Shown here one piece after another: positions 25,165 through 36,162 of a stretch of 45,732 nt of DNA. Each line of letters starts with the position of its first letter. Position 1 is the first letter of the stretch. A program made the translations under genes and the position numbers. Source of the stretch: a bacterium (lineage in GTDB: Bacteria > Patescibacteriota > Patescibacteriia > UBA9934); the NCBI GenBank assembly GCA_020053275.1, contig JAGVNL010000017.1:1-45732 (forward strand), written 5' to 3'. The notes beneath the pieces were generated by a model, which was not told the DNA's origin, did no database searches, and was given only the letters and a program-made list of their open reading frames with translations.

Positions 25165-26253
25165 CTAGCAAATGAACATCGCGTCGCCAAACGAAAAGAA
25201 CCTATACCCCAACTTCTTCGCCAATTCGTAAGCCGCCAACACCCTTTCACGCCCTGCCAAGGCCGACACCAGCACGAGCAAGGTCGACTTCGGCAAGTGA
25301 AAATTCGTAATCAGCCCGTCAATTACCTTAAACTCAAACCCGGGCGTAATAAACATATTGATCTCACCGGAATATGCCTGCAGTTCGCCAAATTTCTGAG
25401 CGACGCCCTCCAGTACCCGAACGGTAGTGGTGCCAACAGCAACAACTCGACGATGCTCGTTTTTAGCTGCCATTAACCTATTCACTGTCTCTTCGTCGAT
25501 GCTCACCAGCTCGCCATGCATCTGGTGTTCCTCAATAGTAGCTGTCTGCACCGGCCGAAAAGTCCCCAAACCAACATGAAGTATCACGAATTCCAGCTTA
25601 ATCCCCTTATTTTTCAGCCTTTCAAGCAATTCCGGCGTAAAATGCAGCCCAGCCGTCGGTGCCGCCACACTGCCGACTTCTTTAGCATAAACCGTCTGGT
25701 AAGCCACCTCGTCGACCCCCTGCTCCATATACGGCGGTGTCGGAATTACCCCATTTTCCTCACAATACACCAGCATTTCCTCAATAGTTCGGCCGGTATG
25801 AATAGTCACCACACCATCCGCCTGCTTAGCCTTCACCGAGGCTCGGTCAAGTGGTAAATCGTCTCCGACAGCAAACTTTCTCCCCGGACGCAACAAAACA
25901 TCTGCCTCCCCATCACGAATCCGCAAGATTAAAATTTCTATATCACCAAACAACAAACGAGCCTTAAACACCCGCGAAGTATTAAAAACTAGCACATCCC
26001 CAGCCGTCAGTTCATCAACAATATCATAAAAACGCTTATCCCTAATATCGTCAGAATCTCGATTAATCACCAATAAACGCGAACTATCCCGCGGAATTAC
26101 CTGAGTTTGCGCAATAAACTCAGGCGGTAAATCGTAATCAAAATCCGCAATTGGTGTAGACATAGTCGCCACAGCGTAATCGATTTCATCTTCATAATCA
26201 ACCCCGGGGGTTGAAATTGACAACCCTAGCGAAAAATGATAGTTTTCTCGCAT
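25165..26253 (-). CDS. queA: S-adenosylmethionine:tRNA ribosyltransferase-isomerase
   Basis: FDYDLPPEFIAQ, with QueA-like sequence throughout. An alternative start at 26163 (MSTPIADFDY) is likely. Confidence 0.9.
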   Translation of the reverse strand: MRENYHFSLGLSISTPGVDYEDEIDYAVATMSTPIADFDYDLPPEFIAQTQVIPRDSSRLLVINRDSDDIRDKRFYDIVDELTAGDVLVFNTSRVFKARLLFGDIEILILRIRDGEADVLLRPGRKFAVGDDLPLDRASVKAKQADGVVTIHTGRTIEEMLVYCEENGVIPTPPYMEQGVDEVAYQTVYAKEVGSVAAPTAGLHFTPELLERLKNKGIKLEFVILHVGLGTFRPVQTATIEEHQMHGELVSIDEETVNRLMAAKNEHRRVVAVGTTTVRVLEGVAQKFGELQAYSGEINMFITPGFEFKVIDGLITNFHLPKSTLLVLVSALAGRERVLAAYELAKKLGYRFFSFGDAMFIC

Positions 26254-26298
26254 AAATCACCCTGACCCTGTATACAAAGCAGCGTCGTACCCAAAGCT

Positions 26299-26592
26299 AT
26301 GAAAGCAGGTATACACCCAAAATACTTCCCAGAAGCACAGTTAGTCTGTGCCTGTGGCGTCACCTACACTACCGGTTCAACCAAGGAACGCATCGACATT
26401 GAAGTCTGTGCCGCCTGTCACCCATTCTTCACCGGTAAGCAGAAGATTTTGGACACAGCTCGCCGCGTCGAAAAATTCACCGGTCGCACTGCTGCCAAGT
26501 CCACCACCGCTATGACCAACAAAGAAAAGGTGGTCAAAGCCGCAGCCCGTACCAAGGCCAAGGCCGACAAAAAAGCCGCCGCCGCTTCTTAG
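26299..26592 (+). CDS. rpmE: 50S ribosomal protein L31 with a Lys/Ala-rich tail
   Basis: MKAGIHPKY and CACG...[10 protein letters not shown]. Confidence 0.93.
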   Translation: MKAGIHPKYFPEAQLVCACGVTYTTGSTKERIDIEVCAACHPFFTGKQKILDTARRVEKFTGRTAAKSTTAMTNKEKVVKAAARTKAKADKKAAAAS

Positions 26593-26602
26593 CGACGCGA
26601 AC

Positions 26603-26636
26603 AAACACCCCAACTTCGGTTTGGGTGTTTTGTTTT
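26603..26636 (+). terminator. Intrinsic terminator of rpmE
   Basis: aaacacccca...tttgggtgttt followed by tgtttt. Confidence 0.65.
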
Positions 26637-26646
26637 ATAGTGTAGA

Positions 26647-27756
26647 ATGATTACAGAATTAAAATGTTTTATGGATTACCAAAAGTTAGTTGCAGATCAG
26701 GAGAAAAAATTAGCCGTCCTTGAAGCAGATCTCATGAATCCGGCCATCTTTAACGACCAAAAAAAATTGCGCGAAACTAACATGGCTTTCCAGGCAACCG
26801 GCCGCACGGTCGCCATTGGTCGCGCCTACCAAACGCTAATGAACAATTTGCTTAACGCAGAAGCCTCATTAAACGACGCCGACCCTGAAATGCAAGCCAT
26901 GGCAGCAGCCGAAATTGCCGCCATCACACCGCAACTCCCAGCCGCGGAAACAGCTCTCGAACTTGCCCTCCTCCCTCGCGATCCAAAAGACAGCAACGAC
27001 GCCATTGTAGAAATTCGTGCTGGCACAGGTGGCGACGAAGCTGCACTCTTTGCTGCTGACTTATTCCGCATGTACTCACACTTCGCAGAAAAGAATAACT
27101 GGAAAATCGTACTGCTCTCACAAAGTCAAAACGATCTAGGCGGCTTTAAGGAAATCATCTTCGAAGTTGCCGGCGTTGGCGCCTACGGCACCATGAAATA
27201 CGAAAGCGGCGTCCACCGTGTGCAACGCGTCCCAACTACAGAGAAAGCTGGCCGTATTCACACCAGCACCATCACCGTCGCCGTCCTGCCAAAAATTGAA
27301 GAAAGCGACTTCGCCCTCAATCCGCAAGACCTCACCATAGAAGCCACCACCTCCACTGGCGCTGGCGGACAATCCGTCAACACTACCTACTCCGCTATTC
27401 GCATAGTCCATGTCCCAACCGGCATTACCGCCTACTGCCAGGACGAACGCTCACAATCACAAAACAAAGCCAAAGCCTTAGAAGTCATCCGCGCTCGCGT
27501 TTGCGCCTACGAAGATGAAAAAAAGAACGCCGCCTTAACCACAGAAAGACGCAGTCAAATTGGTAGCGGTGAACGCAGCGAAAAAATCCGCACTTACAAC
27601 TTCCCACAAGACCGCCTGACAGATCACCGTGTCAAGCAAAGCTGGCATAATCTGCCAACCATTCTGAGTGGCGAACTAGGCGACATCATCACTACCCTCC
27701 GCCTCGCCGAACGCGATGGCAAACTAGCCGCCTCCATGGACGACGATGAGGAATAA
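26647..27756 (+). CDS. prfA: Peptide chain release factor 1
   Basis: [10 protein letters not shown] (GGQ) and [17 protein letters not shown] (PxT, RF1-type). TATAGT lies 5 nt upstream of the ATG. Confidence 0.93.
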   Translation: MITELKCFMDYQKLVADQEKKLAVLEADLMNPAIFNDQKKLRETNMAFQATGRTVAIGRAYQTLMNNLLNAEASLNDADPEMQAMAAAEIAAITPQLPAAETALELALLPRDPKDSNDAIVEIRAGTGGDEAALFAADLFRMYSHFAEKNNWKIVLLSQSQNDLGGFKEIIFEVAGVGAYGTMKYESGVHRVQRVPTTEKAGRIHTSTITVAVLPKIEESDFALNPQDLTIEATTSTGAGGQSVNTTYSAIRIVHVPTGITAYCQDERSQSQNKAKALEVIRARVCAYEDEKKNAALTTERRSQIGSGERSEKIRTYNFPQDRLTDHRVKQSWHNLPTILSGELGDIITTLRLAERDGKLAASMDDDEE

Positions 27757-27767
27757 ACCACTAACAA

Positions 27768-27942
27768 GCGAGCGACTGCCGTGTCTCCTGTGACGACGCG
27801 ATGGCCGACCTGAGAAAAGCTTGATTTGCGGCATTGAATTTTCTTTACCAGCAAATCATCTCGAAGGCTTTTCTGGGCTGAGGCCGGAGTTAGGAACAGG
27901 AGATACGACGGTTGCGAGCGACAAGTCTCGCGTTGACGAGGT
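27768..27942. repeat. E2-family structured element, copy b, between prfA and prmC
   Basis: Nested stems: 27768-90 pairs with 27897-919, and 27803-20 pairs with 27867-85. The 3' end carries the E1 module agtctcgcgttgac. Confidence 0.8.
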
Positions 27943-27958
27943 CTTACTATAAATAACA

Positions 27959-27996
27959 GCCCTCCCCCAGTTATGGGAGAGTTAGGAGTGGGCTTT
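27959..27996. repeat. Hairpin mini-repeat copy c, supplying the AGGAG in front of the prmC ATG
   Basis: gccctcccccagttatgggagagttaggagtgggcttt. Confidence 0.6.
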
Positions 27997-28860
27997 ATGA
28001 ACATTCTCGAAGCCCTGCAATGGGCTGAAGGAAAATTGCGCGGCAATAAAGAAAACCCTAAGCTCGACGCTCAGGTCATTTTAGCGCATGTTCTAAACAA
28101 AGGCACAGTATTTTTATTTGCTCACAGTGAAGACGAATTACCAGTAAAAAATATTGAACAATTTCAACGCCTCATAGATCGCCGCGTACGCCACGAACCA
28201 GTAGCTTATTTAATTGGCCACAAAGAATTCTACGGCCGTGAGTTCACCGTCAATCCCCATGTTTTAATTCCTCGCCCTGACACAGAAACTCTCATCGACC
28301 TTGCAAAATCTGTCGTCACCACACAATCTCTCATCATCGACATCGGCACAGGCAGTGGTGCTATCGCGCTCACCTTAGCCGCAGAAACTGGTCGCCCAAC
28401 TGTTGCGCTCGACATCAGCCCAAGCGCTCTCACCGTCGCTAAACTAAACGCCGAGAACCTAAAGCTCACCCACCTCGTAGCTTTTTTTGAAGGCGATCTC
28501 CTCACCCCACTACTCACCGAAAGTAACGGCGAATCCCTTGGTCAACACGCGCTTCTTACCGCCAACCTGCCATACATTTCCAATCGCCAGTACGAAGGCC
28601 TCGATCCCAATGTCAAAGCCTACGAACCAAGCCTAGCCCTCATTTCTGGCATTGACGGCCTAGATCATTACGACCGCCTCTTCACCCAAATCGCCAACAA
28701 CCGCCATATCCTCCCACTAAAACTCGACATCATTATTGAAATAGACCCCAGCCAAAAACTCTCCGCAATAGCACTTATAAAAAACCACCTACCTCACGCC
28801 ACAACAACCGTTCACAACGACCTTACCGGCCGTACTCGAATTATTCACCTGACCATGTAA
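27997..28860 (+). CDS. prmC: Release factor glutamine N5-methyltransferase
   Basis: DIGTGSGAIAL SAM motif and NLPY (NPPY variant). AGGAG lies 8 nt upstream of the ATG at 27997. The track start is 27973. Confidence 0.88.
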   Translation: MNILEALQWAEGKLRGNKENPKLDAQVILAHVLNKGTVFLFAHSEDELPVKNIEQFQRLIDRRVRHEPVAYLIGHKEFYGREFTVNPHVLIPRPDTETLIDLAKSVVTTQSLIIDIGTGSGAIALTLAAETGRPTVALDISPSALTVAKLNAENLKLTHLVAFFEGDLLTPLLTESNGESLGQHALLTANLPYISNRQYEGLDPNVKAYEPSLALISGIDGLDHYDRLFTQIANNRHILPLKLDIIIEIDPSQKLSAIALIKNHLPHATTTVHNDLTGRTRIIHLTM

Positions 28861-29875
28861 CCTGCCCAAGCGAAGGCACGACCTCAATCCAAGTCTTACC
28901 AGCATTTATTTTCATCTCCTGGCCGGCGTCGTCAATAAATAATAATGGCGCGGTCTCATTTTCCTTACTCCAGGTCGCCGCAATAATCCGCCCATCTTGT
29001 GCTATTAACGCAGCTCCAGTTCCAATCGTCCTGATTGATCGCCGACCCTTATCATCTAACACCACCATATCACTTTCCATCACCACCACATTATTTGCTA
29101 CAATATCTGCCCCATCTTCAAGTAAACGCGCCGTGCCACCCTGCTGCCGTAAATAAATATTCAAAGTCGCGTCATACTCCCAAGCCATGTCGTAAGCACC
29201 ACCAACTGTCCAATCAATAGTCAACGAATGTGCTTGACCACTAGCCGCTCCATCCTTAAACTGCCAAAATGTATAGCTCGGTTCAGGCATCTCTAACACA
29301 TTAACCTCAGCATCAAGCAAATCAGTTAAAGTCGTATAAACATTATGCGGCGCATTACGCGTGGCAGTATTGCGGTAGAAATAATCACCATTAAAGAACT
29401 GGTCAAAATTATAAACATTCGCCGTCTTCAATTTATTGAGTGCCTCAGGCGAACCGCCGACATGAGCATAAAGTGCGCCAAACTGTGCGGCCCAATCAAT
29501 GTAATAAGGCCTAGCAGATCGTACCGGTCCAATCTTTGGCACTACAGCATCTGGCGCAAAGAACAGCTCAAACCGTGGAATCATGCCTTCCACTGGCGCT
29601 TCAATCACCAAAAACGCCTGATCCAATCCAACAAGTGGCCAAGCATCCGCCGAGTTCTCAACCATCACCGCTGTCACCTGTGGCAACTCCGCCAATGGCA
29701 CCTCAAGTCGAACGCCAGTTAAAGGATTCCTCACCTCTAACAACTCTCCCCCAGCTATGGGGGAGCCGGAGGGGGTTTTACCTAACTCACTCGGCCTATA
29801 AATCACCACCGCAATAACAAAGACCGCTATCACGAGCGCACAGGTGGCGAAGGTAATAGCAGTCTTTTTGTTCAT
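28841..29875 (-). CDS. DUF3048 domain protein (membrane-anchored)
   Basis: 344 aa with an N-terminal TM helix. The DUF3048-like core includes VMVENS, IPRFELFF and RSARPYY. Confidence 0.75.
   Translation of the reverse strand: MNKKTAITFATCALVIAVFVIAVVIYRPSELGKTPSGSPIAGGELLEVRNPLTGVRLEVPLAELPQVTAVMVENSADAWPLVGLDQAFLVIEAPVEGMIPRFELFFAPDAVVPKIGPVRSARPYYIDWAAQFGALYAHVGGSPEALNKLKTANVYNFDQFFNGDYFYRNTATRNAPHNVYTTLTDLLDAEVNVLEMPEPSYTFWQFKDGAASGQAHSLTIDWTVGGAYDMAWEYDATLNIYLRQQGGTARLLEDGADIVANNVVVMESDMVVLDDKGRRSIRTIGTGAALIAQDGRIIAATWSKENETAPLLFIDDAGQEMKINAGKTWIEVVPSLGQVTWSGE
29744..29780. repeat. Hairpin mini-repeat copy a (inside the DUF3048 CDS)
   Basis: ctctcccccagctatgggggagccggagggggtttta, with stem ctccccc/gggggag. 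It encodes KTPSGSPIAGGE. Confidence 0.65.
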
Positions 29876-29878
29876 GTA

Positions 29879-30568
29879 TTATTTTTTATCTGTCTTCTTA
29901 GCTTCAGGCTTCTTGGCGTCGGCTGCACCTTCTTCAACCTTCTTCTCCGTCAGCACCTCCACCTTGCTGACATCACCTTCGACAGAAGCGCTCAAGGCAG
30001 CAATTTCTTCTTCAGATCGTGGTGGCTGTACCGAGGCGATAGCGTTGTTCATATCTGTCTTGACTTCCATACCGGCTGGAATGATCAAGTCACTGACACG
30101 AATCACATCTTCGAAAGTCTTAAGCGCAGAAATGTCGATTGTGATGTCGTGTACCAACGCATTTGGCAAACACTCAACTTCAATTTCTTCCAAGGACTGC
30201 ACCAGTGTACCACCTAAGTCCTTCACAGCGGAAGAGATACCTGTGAGCTTCAACGGAATGTTGGCCTCAATCTTGTGAGTCAAGTCAACACGACGGAAAT
30301 CAGCATGCGTCACAAAGTCGTTCAAAACATTCTGCTGCACATCAGAAATCAGCACTGGGTGAACGGTACCATTAATATCTAGGTCAAGAACCGTGCTCTC
30401 ACCAGCTGACTTATATGCTTTAAGGAAAGCATTACGATCAATGGTAATGTTCGTTGGCTCAGTGCCAAAACCGTACATAACGGCTGGAACTTTACCCTCT
30501 GCTCGCAAGGAGTCGGTCTTACGGCCAACAATCGTGCGGGTTTCTGCTGCTAGTGTTGTATGAGTCAT
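29879..30568 (-). CDS. rplY: 50S ribosomal protein L25/Ctc
   Basis: AETRTIVGRKTDSLRAEGKVPAVMYG. Acidic/Lys tail. The start at 30568 (MTHTT) is preferred over 30607. Confidence 0.88.
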   Translation of the reverse strand: MTHTTLAAETRTIVGRKTDSLRAEGKVPAVMYGFGTEPTNITIDRNAFLKAYKSAGESTVLDLDINGTVHPVLISDVQQNVLNDFVTHADFRRVDLTHKIEANIPLKLTGISSAVKDLGGTLVQSLEEIEVECLPNALVHDITIDISALKTFEDVIRVSDLIIPAGMEVKTDMNNAIASVQPPRSEEEIAALSASVEGDVSKVEVLTEKKVEEGAADAKKPEAKKTDKK

Positions 30569-30610
30569 AATGCGCCGTATTTCACAGGAAATTAGTAATC
30601 TTGTCAACCA

Positions 30611-30898
30611 TTAGCGATGTAACCCCTCATGCACTGCCAGTACATCGTCCAAAGTAACTCGCTTAGAATGCAAGAAATGCTTGTAATCCCGTGCATTACA
30701 GTCCGTAAACAATCCAATACTTTTCACGCAATGGACATTCCTTTCAACCTGCATCGCCATCGCCCGATGACAAGCCAAACAGGTTATATGAACCATCTCA
30801 CCAAACTTATCCTCATCAATAATAACCCTGGGCGAAGCCCCATAAAATACCCCACAAAACGGGCAATCTGGCATCGGAATATATTGAGAAGTATCCAT
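30611..30898 (-). CDS. Hypothetical zinc-ribbon protein
   Basis: 95 aa with CPFC (C12, C15) and CLAC (C40, C43). Confidence 0.5.
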   Translation of the reverse strand: MDTSQYIPMPDCPFCGVFYGASPRVIIDEDKFGEMVHITCLACHRAMAMQVERNVHCVKSIGLFTDCNARDYKHFLHSKRVTLDDVLAVHEGLHR

Positions 30899-30937
30899 AA
30901 ATCACATCGTACAGGACTTAAGCCAACCCAGGAAGTC

Positions 30938-32047
30938 CTAAGATAATTTTCTACCTGGGGTCAAAGTAACAGCCACACTCTCTGCTACTCCCAGTGCAAT
31001 ACAAGACAATAGCAGTGAACTACCGCCATAACTCACAAACGGCAAAGCGACGCCTGTTGCCGGCAAAAGCGACAAATTAGCCCCAATATGCACCAACGCT
31101 TGCGCTAAATAAAGTCCAAATACTCCTAACACCAGAAATGCCGCAAAATTATCACGAGTACTGCGAGCCGTGATTATCAGCCGAACAAAAAGTAAAACTA
31201 AGGCTCCAAAAATCGCCGCTACACCAATAAACCCCAATTCTTCAGCAATCACCGCAAACACAAAATCCGTTTCTGCTTGCGGCAAAAAACGCAACTGGCT
31301 TTGCGACCCCGACCCCAGCCCAGTACCAAGCAATCCACCAGAGCCAATCGCAATCTTGGCCTGCGTCACATTATAGCCAGTATCCAGCGGATCGGACGCC
31401 GGATTAAAAAAAGTTGTGATGCGTTCCTTTTGATAATCATGAAAAACTACCAACCAACCCAACGCAAAGATTACTCCCCCAATTAGTACTAACGACCCGA
31501 GATGCCGTAGCTTGGCACCTGCAAAAAATACCATCACTAACCAAATTAAACCAAGCAACATTGCTCCACCCAAGTCTGGCTGCGCCACCGCCAGCAAGAC
31601 TGGTACCAGAGTAATCAAGCCACTCCTGCCAAAATCCTTCCAGCTAAAACGGCGTTCTGCATGCTCGCCAAAATAGCGTGCCAGCTCCGTAATCAAGGCA
31701 AACTTCATGAACTCAACCGGCTGAAAAGCAAAACCAGCAAACACAAACCAACCTGTTGAGCCATTCAGTGTTCGCCCTAAAACTAACACCGCAATCAACG
31801 ACAACACGCCCAAAAAATATAACCCTCGCCCATAATTACGGAAAAACTGATAGTTCGTCCGGCTAATCACAAACGCCGCCGCCAAACCAAGCACCAGCGC
31901 TATTCCCTGTTTTCGTAGCAAAACAAAACTACCACCGTGCGACAACTCCACCGAATAAATAGCGGCAATCCCAAAAGCAAACAAAACAAAAGCAGCAAAC
32001 AGGAGTAACCAATCAATCCGTTGCCAATGTCTGCCAAGCGATTCCAT
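30938..32047 (-). CDS. rodA: SEDS-family protein RodA
   Basis: 369 aa polytopic protein with SEDS C-terminal motifs (ATGVALPFVSYGGSS). It lies outside the dcw cluster. Confidence 0.8.
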   Translation of the reverse strand: MESLGRHWQRIDWLLLFAAFVLFAFGIAAIYSVELSHGGSFVLLRKQGIALVLGLAAAFVISRTNYQFFRNYGRGLYFLGVLSLIAVLVLGRTLNGSTGWFVFAGFAFQPVEFMKFALITELARYFGEHAERRFSWKDFGRSGLITLVPVLLAVAQPDLGGAMLLGLIWLVMVFFAGAKLRHLGSLVLIGGVIFALGWLVVFHDYQKERITTFFNPASDPLDTGYNVTQAKIAIGSGGLLGTGLGSGSQSQLRFLPQAETDFVFAVIAEELGFIGVAAIFGALVLLFVRLIITARSTRDNFAAFLVLGVFGLYLAQALVHIGANLSLLPATGVALPFVSYGGSSLLLSCIALGVAESVAVTLTPGRKLS

Positions 32048-32106
32048 ACCCCATCAGTCTACCCCGCAGTGCTCCTAGCATCAACCTACAGGAGCTACTG
32101 CTAGGG

Positions 32107-33042
32107 CTATCTACTCTTAATCAAATCCCTTGGATCAGTCAGCACATCGCTCGGCGGTTTAGTATAAACGCCAGCCTCAAAATAATTTATCGCTGGTAAC
32201 ACCTCCACCGTTCCGCTAGTTGGAATATCGCCAAACCAGTGAACCGCCACAGCTCGCGCTTCACCCGTCATAAACTGCGATAAAGTAACTTCATTTACCC
32301 CAATCACCGCCCCACCTCGCTTCAATAACACGGTAAATGTCGGCAAAAAATAACTATATGCTGTAGCATTTTTGAGAGTAAAAGTTGATCTACCGACAGT
32401 ATCAGCAGCCAACACCACATCAGGTGCGTACACTTCATCCGTCACCTGCCAATCATTGCGCACCTCCAAATACGCCGCGGTGTCAACAATCTCATGATGA
32501 TCAACCCTGTGCCACACTACATCTGAAATAACAAGCTGTGCACCAACTGGCCTCTTCTCAGCCGCAACATTCAACGCCGTTAAATATCGACTCTCGCTCG
32601 GCATCAAATTGCCTAAAGCAAACGGTGTAGTAACTTGCCCAGCAGTAAAATGATAGTTGAATGTTGCATACCATTCTGTATTCACATTCTCAACCACCGC
32701 ATACATATCATAAGTCGTCGCATCATGCGTCAACACATGAGCATCATTCGTCAAAATCGGCTTAGCCAATCTAGCCACTGCCGCAGCATGCAACACTCCG
32801 GCGTTCTGGCCAATCGTACCAATACTGCGCGAGTCATCAAACGACCCCTGCACAACATAAGTTGTTATCGTAACCAAAAAAAATATTACCAAAACAACAT
32901 CAATCACTCCCCAAATCACCAACCCAGCAATCACCAACTTCGGCCGCCAAGTGGTAACCGTTACTCCTTCTTTGTAGCGTCGCTCAATGTCTGCAAAATC
33001 TCCTTGTAGCTTTTGCTCCACCATATGCCAGTAGTATAACAT
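32107..33042 (-). CDS. Hypothetical single-TM protein
   Basis: 311 aa: one TM helix, then an extracytoplasmic domain. No family recognised. A start at 33024 is also possible. Confidence 0.5.
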   Translation of the reverse strand: MLYYWHMVEQKLQGDFADIERRYKEGVTVTTWRPKLVIAGLVIWGVIDVVLVIFFLVTITTYVVQGSFDDSRSIGTIGQNAGVLHAAAVARLAKPILTNDAHVLTHDATTYDMYAVVENVNTEWYATFNYHFTAGQVTTPFALGNLMPSESRYLTALNVAAEKRPVGAQLVISDVVWHRVDHHEIVDTAAYLEVRNDWQVTDEVYAPDVVLAADTVGRSTFTLKNATAYSYFLPTFTVLLKRGGAVIGVNEVTLSQFMTGEARAVAVHWFGDIPTSGTVEVLPAINYFEAGVYTKPPSDVLTDPRDLIKSR

Positions 33043-33080
33043 GAGTTATCAACGAGTGCCTGTTGGCACCATAGCGTTAG

Positions 33081-35099
<2,019 letters not shown>

Positions 35100-35109
35100 C
35101 CATCCTGTG

Positions 35110-35159
35110 GACAAGTCACCCAGAAGCCCGGCCTAAGCCTGGCTTCTGGGTGACTTGTC
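35110..35159. repeat. 50-nt near-perfect palindrome downstream of gyrB
   Basis: gacaagtcacccagaagcc...ggcttctgggtgacttgtc. It shares its core with 12508-12539 and has no flanking T-run. Confidence 0.8.
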
Positions 35160-35223
35160 AAAATCAATCAAATCATCTATAGTACCAGCAATCCCCGAGA
35201 CAAGGGGACTTTTAATTACTTCT

Positions 35224-35439
35224 ATGTTCGCATTAAGTCGCGTCGTCAACAACCCCGTCGTCAATTACTTCCGCACTAGTTACGAGGAATTGCGTAAGGT
35301 CACCTGGCCATCTCGCAAGACCACCACTCGTTACGCCGTCGTTACCATCATTCTCTGCGCAGCCTTGGCCGCCTACTTTGGCCTCCTGGACTGGGCCTTG
35401 AGTCAAGGTCTTAAAGCCTTAGTTAGCGTCACCTCATAA
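35224..35439 (+). CDS. secE: Preprotein translocase subunit SecE
   Basis: ELRKVTWPSRKTT followed by a single TM helix, upstream of nusG. The ATG at 35224 is preferred because the track start at 35155 lies in the palindrome. Confidence 0.85.
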   Translation: MFALSRVVNNPVVNYFRTSYEELRKVTWPSRKTTTRYAVVTIILCAALAAYFGLLDWALSQGLKALVSVTS

Positions 35440-35441
35440 AT

Positions 35442-35987
35442 ATGGCAAAACAAACCGCCAATTACGGCCGCCGTTGGTACGCTATTCACACCTACTCAGG
35501 TTTTGAAGAAGCCGTCCTCGACAGCCTCAAGCAACGCATCGAGTCCATGGACATGGGCGACAAGATTTTTAACATGCTCGTACCCAAAGAAAAGAAAATC
35601 AAAATCAAAAACGGTAAACGACGCGTCACTGAAGAAAAAATCTTCCCAGGTTATGTCCTCATAGAAATGACCGTTACCGACGACTCCTGGTATGTTGTTC
35701 GTAACACTCCAAATGTTACTGGCTTCATCGGCACCGGTACTACCCCAACCCCCATCGCTCCCGAAGAAATCGAAGCCCTCATGAAGCGCGTCGGCGTAGC
35801 TGAACCAGAATTCACAGTGGATGTTGGTAAAGGCGATGTTATTAGCATCATCGACGGCCCGTTCAAAGGCCAGCAAGGCAAAGTCGACACCATCGACCAA
35901 GCTCGTGGAAAAGTTCGCGTCATGGTTTCCCTCTTCGGCCGCGAAACCCCCCTCGAGCTCGACTTCCTCCAAGTCAAAAAAGTCTAA
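35442..35987 (+). CDS. nusG: Transcription termination/antitermination factor NusG
   Basis: RWYAIHTYSGFEE NGN domain and KOW motif GDVISIIDGPFKGQQGKV. Confidence 0.94.
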   Translation: MAKQTANYGRRWYAIHTYSGFEEAVLDSLKQRIESMDMGDKIFNMLVPKEKKIKIKNGKRRVTEEKIFPGYVLIEMTVTDDSWYVVRNTPNVTGFIGTGTTPTPIAPEEIEALMKRVGVAEPEFTVDVGKGDVISIIDGPFKGQQGKVDTIDQARGKVRVMVSLFGRETPLELDFLQVKKV

Positions 35988-36001
35988 TCACCCAACCAAA
36001 A

Positions 36002-36031
36002 AATCCTGCAGATTGTCTGCAGGATTTTTTT
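36002..36031 (+). terminator. Intrinsic terminator of nusG
   Basis: aatcctgcag-attgt-ctgcaggatt followed by ttttt. Confidence 0.75.
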
Positions 36032-36042
36032 ATTGAGTGGGA

Positions 36043-36160
36043 GGATTTCTCAGTTGAGTCTAGTTTGAGTGCGGAGCAAGGAGAGCTTCGGAGGCTTAGT
36101 TAGTGCTAAGACGAAGAAGTCGACGCCGCAACAAGCTCAAAATAGGCCAACTGAAAATCC
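36043..36160. repeat. E3-family structured element, copy b; ends 2 nt from the pilin stop
   Basis: Aligns with 11299-11421. The outer stem is ggatt..cag/ctg..aatcc. Confidence 0.8.
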
Positions 36161-36162
36161 GA

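Noticed and set aside
27624-28046. A 140-aa minus-strand ORF spans the prfA end, the E2 element and the prmC start. Similarly, the 94-aa ORF at 13889-14173 crosses E2a and the dinB start.
   Set aside because: Both run through GC-rich repeat elements and overlap well-supported genes on the other strand, so they are most likely spurious.
35496-35977. Two minus-strand ORFs (158 and 108 aa) lie opposite nusG.
   Set aside because: They are antisense shadows of nusG, which has canonical NGN and KOW motifs on the plus strand.
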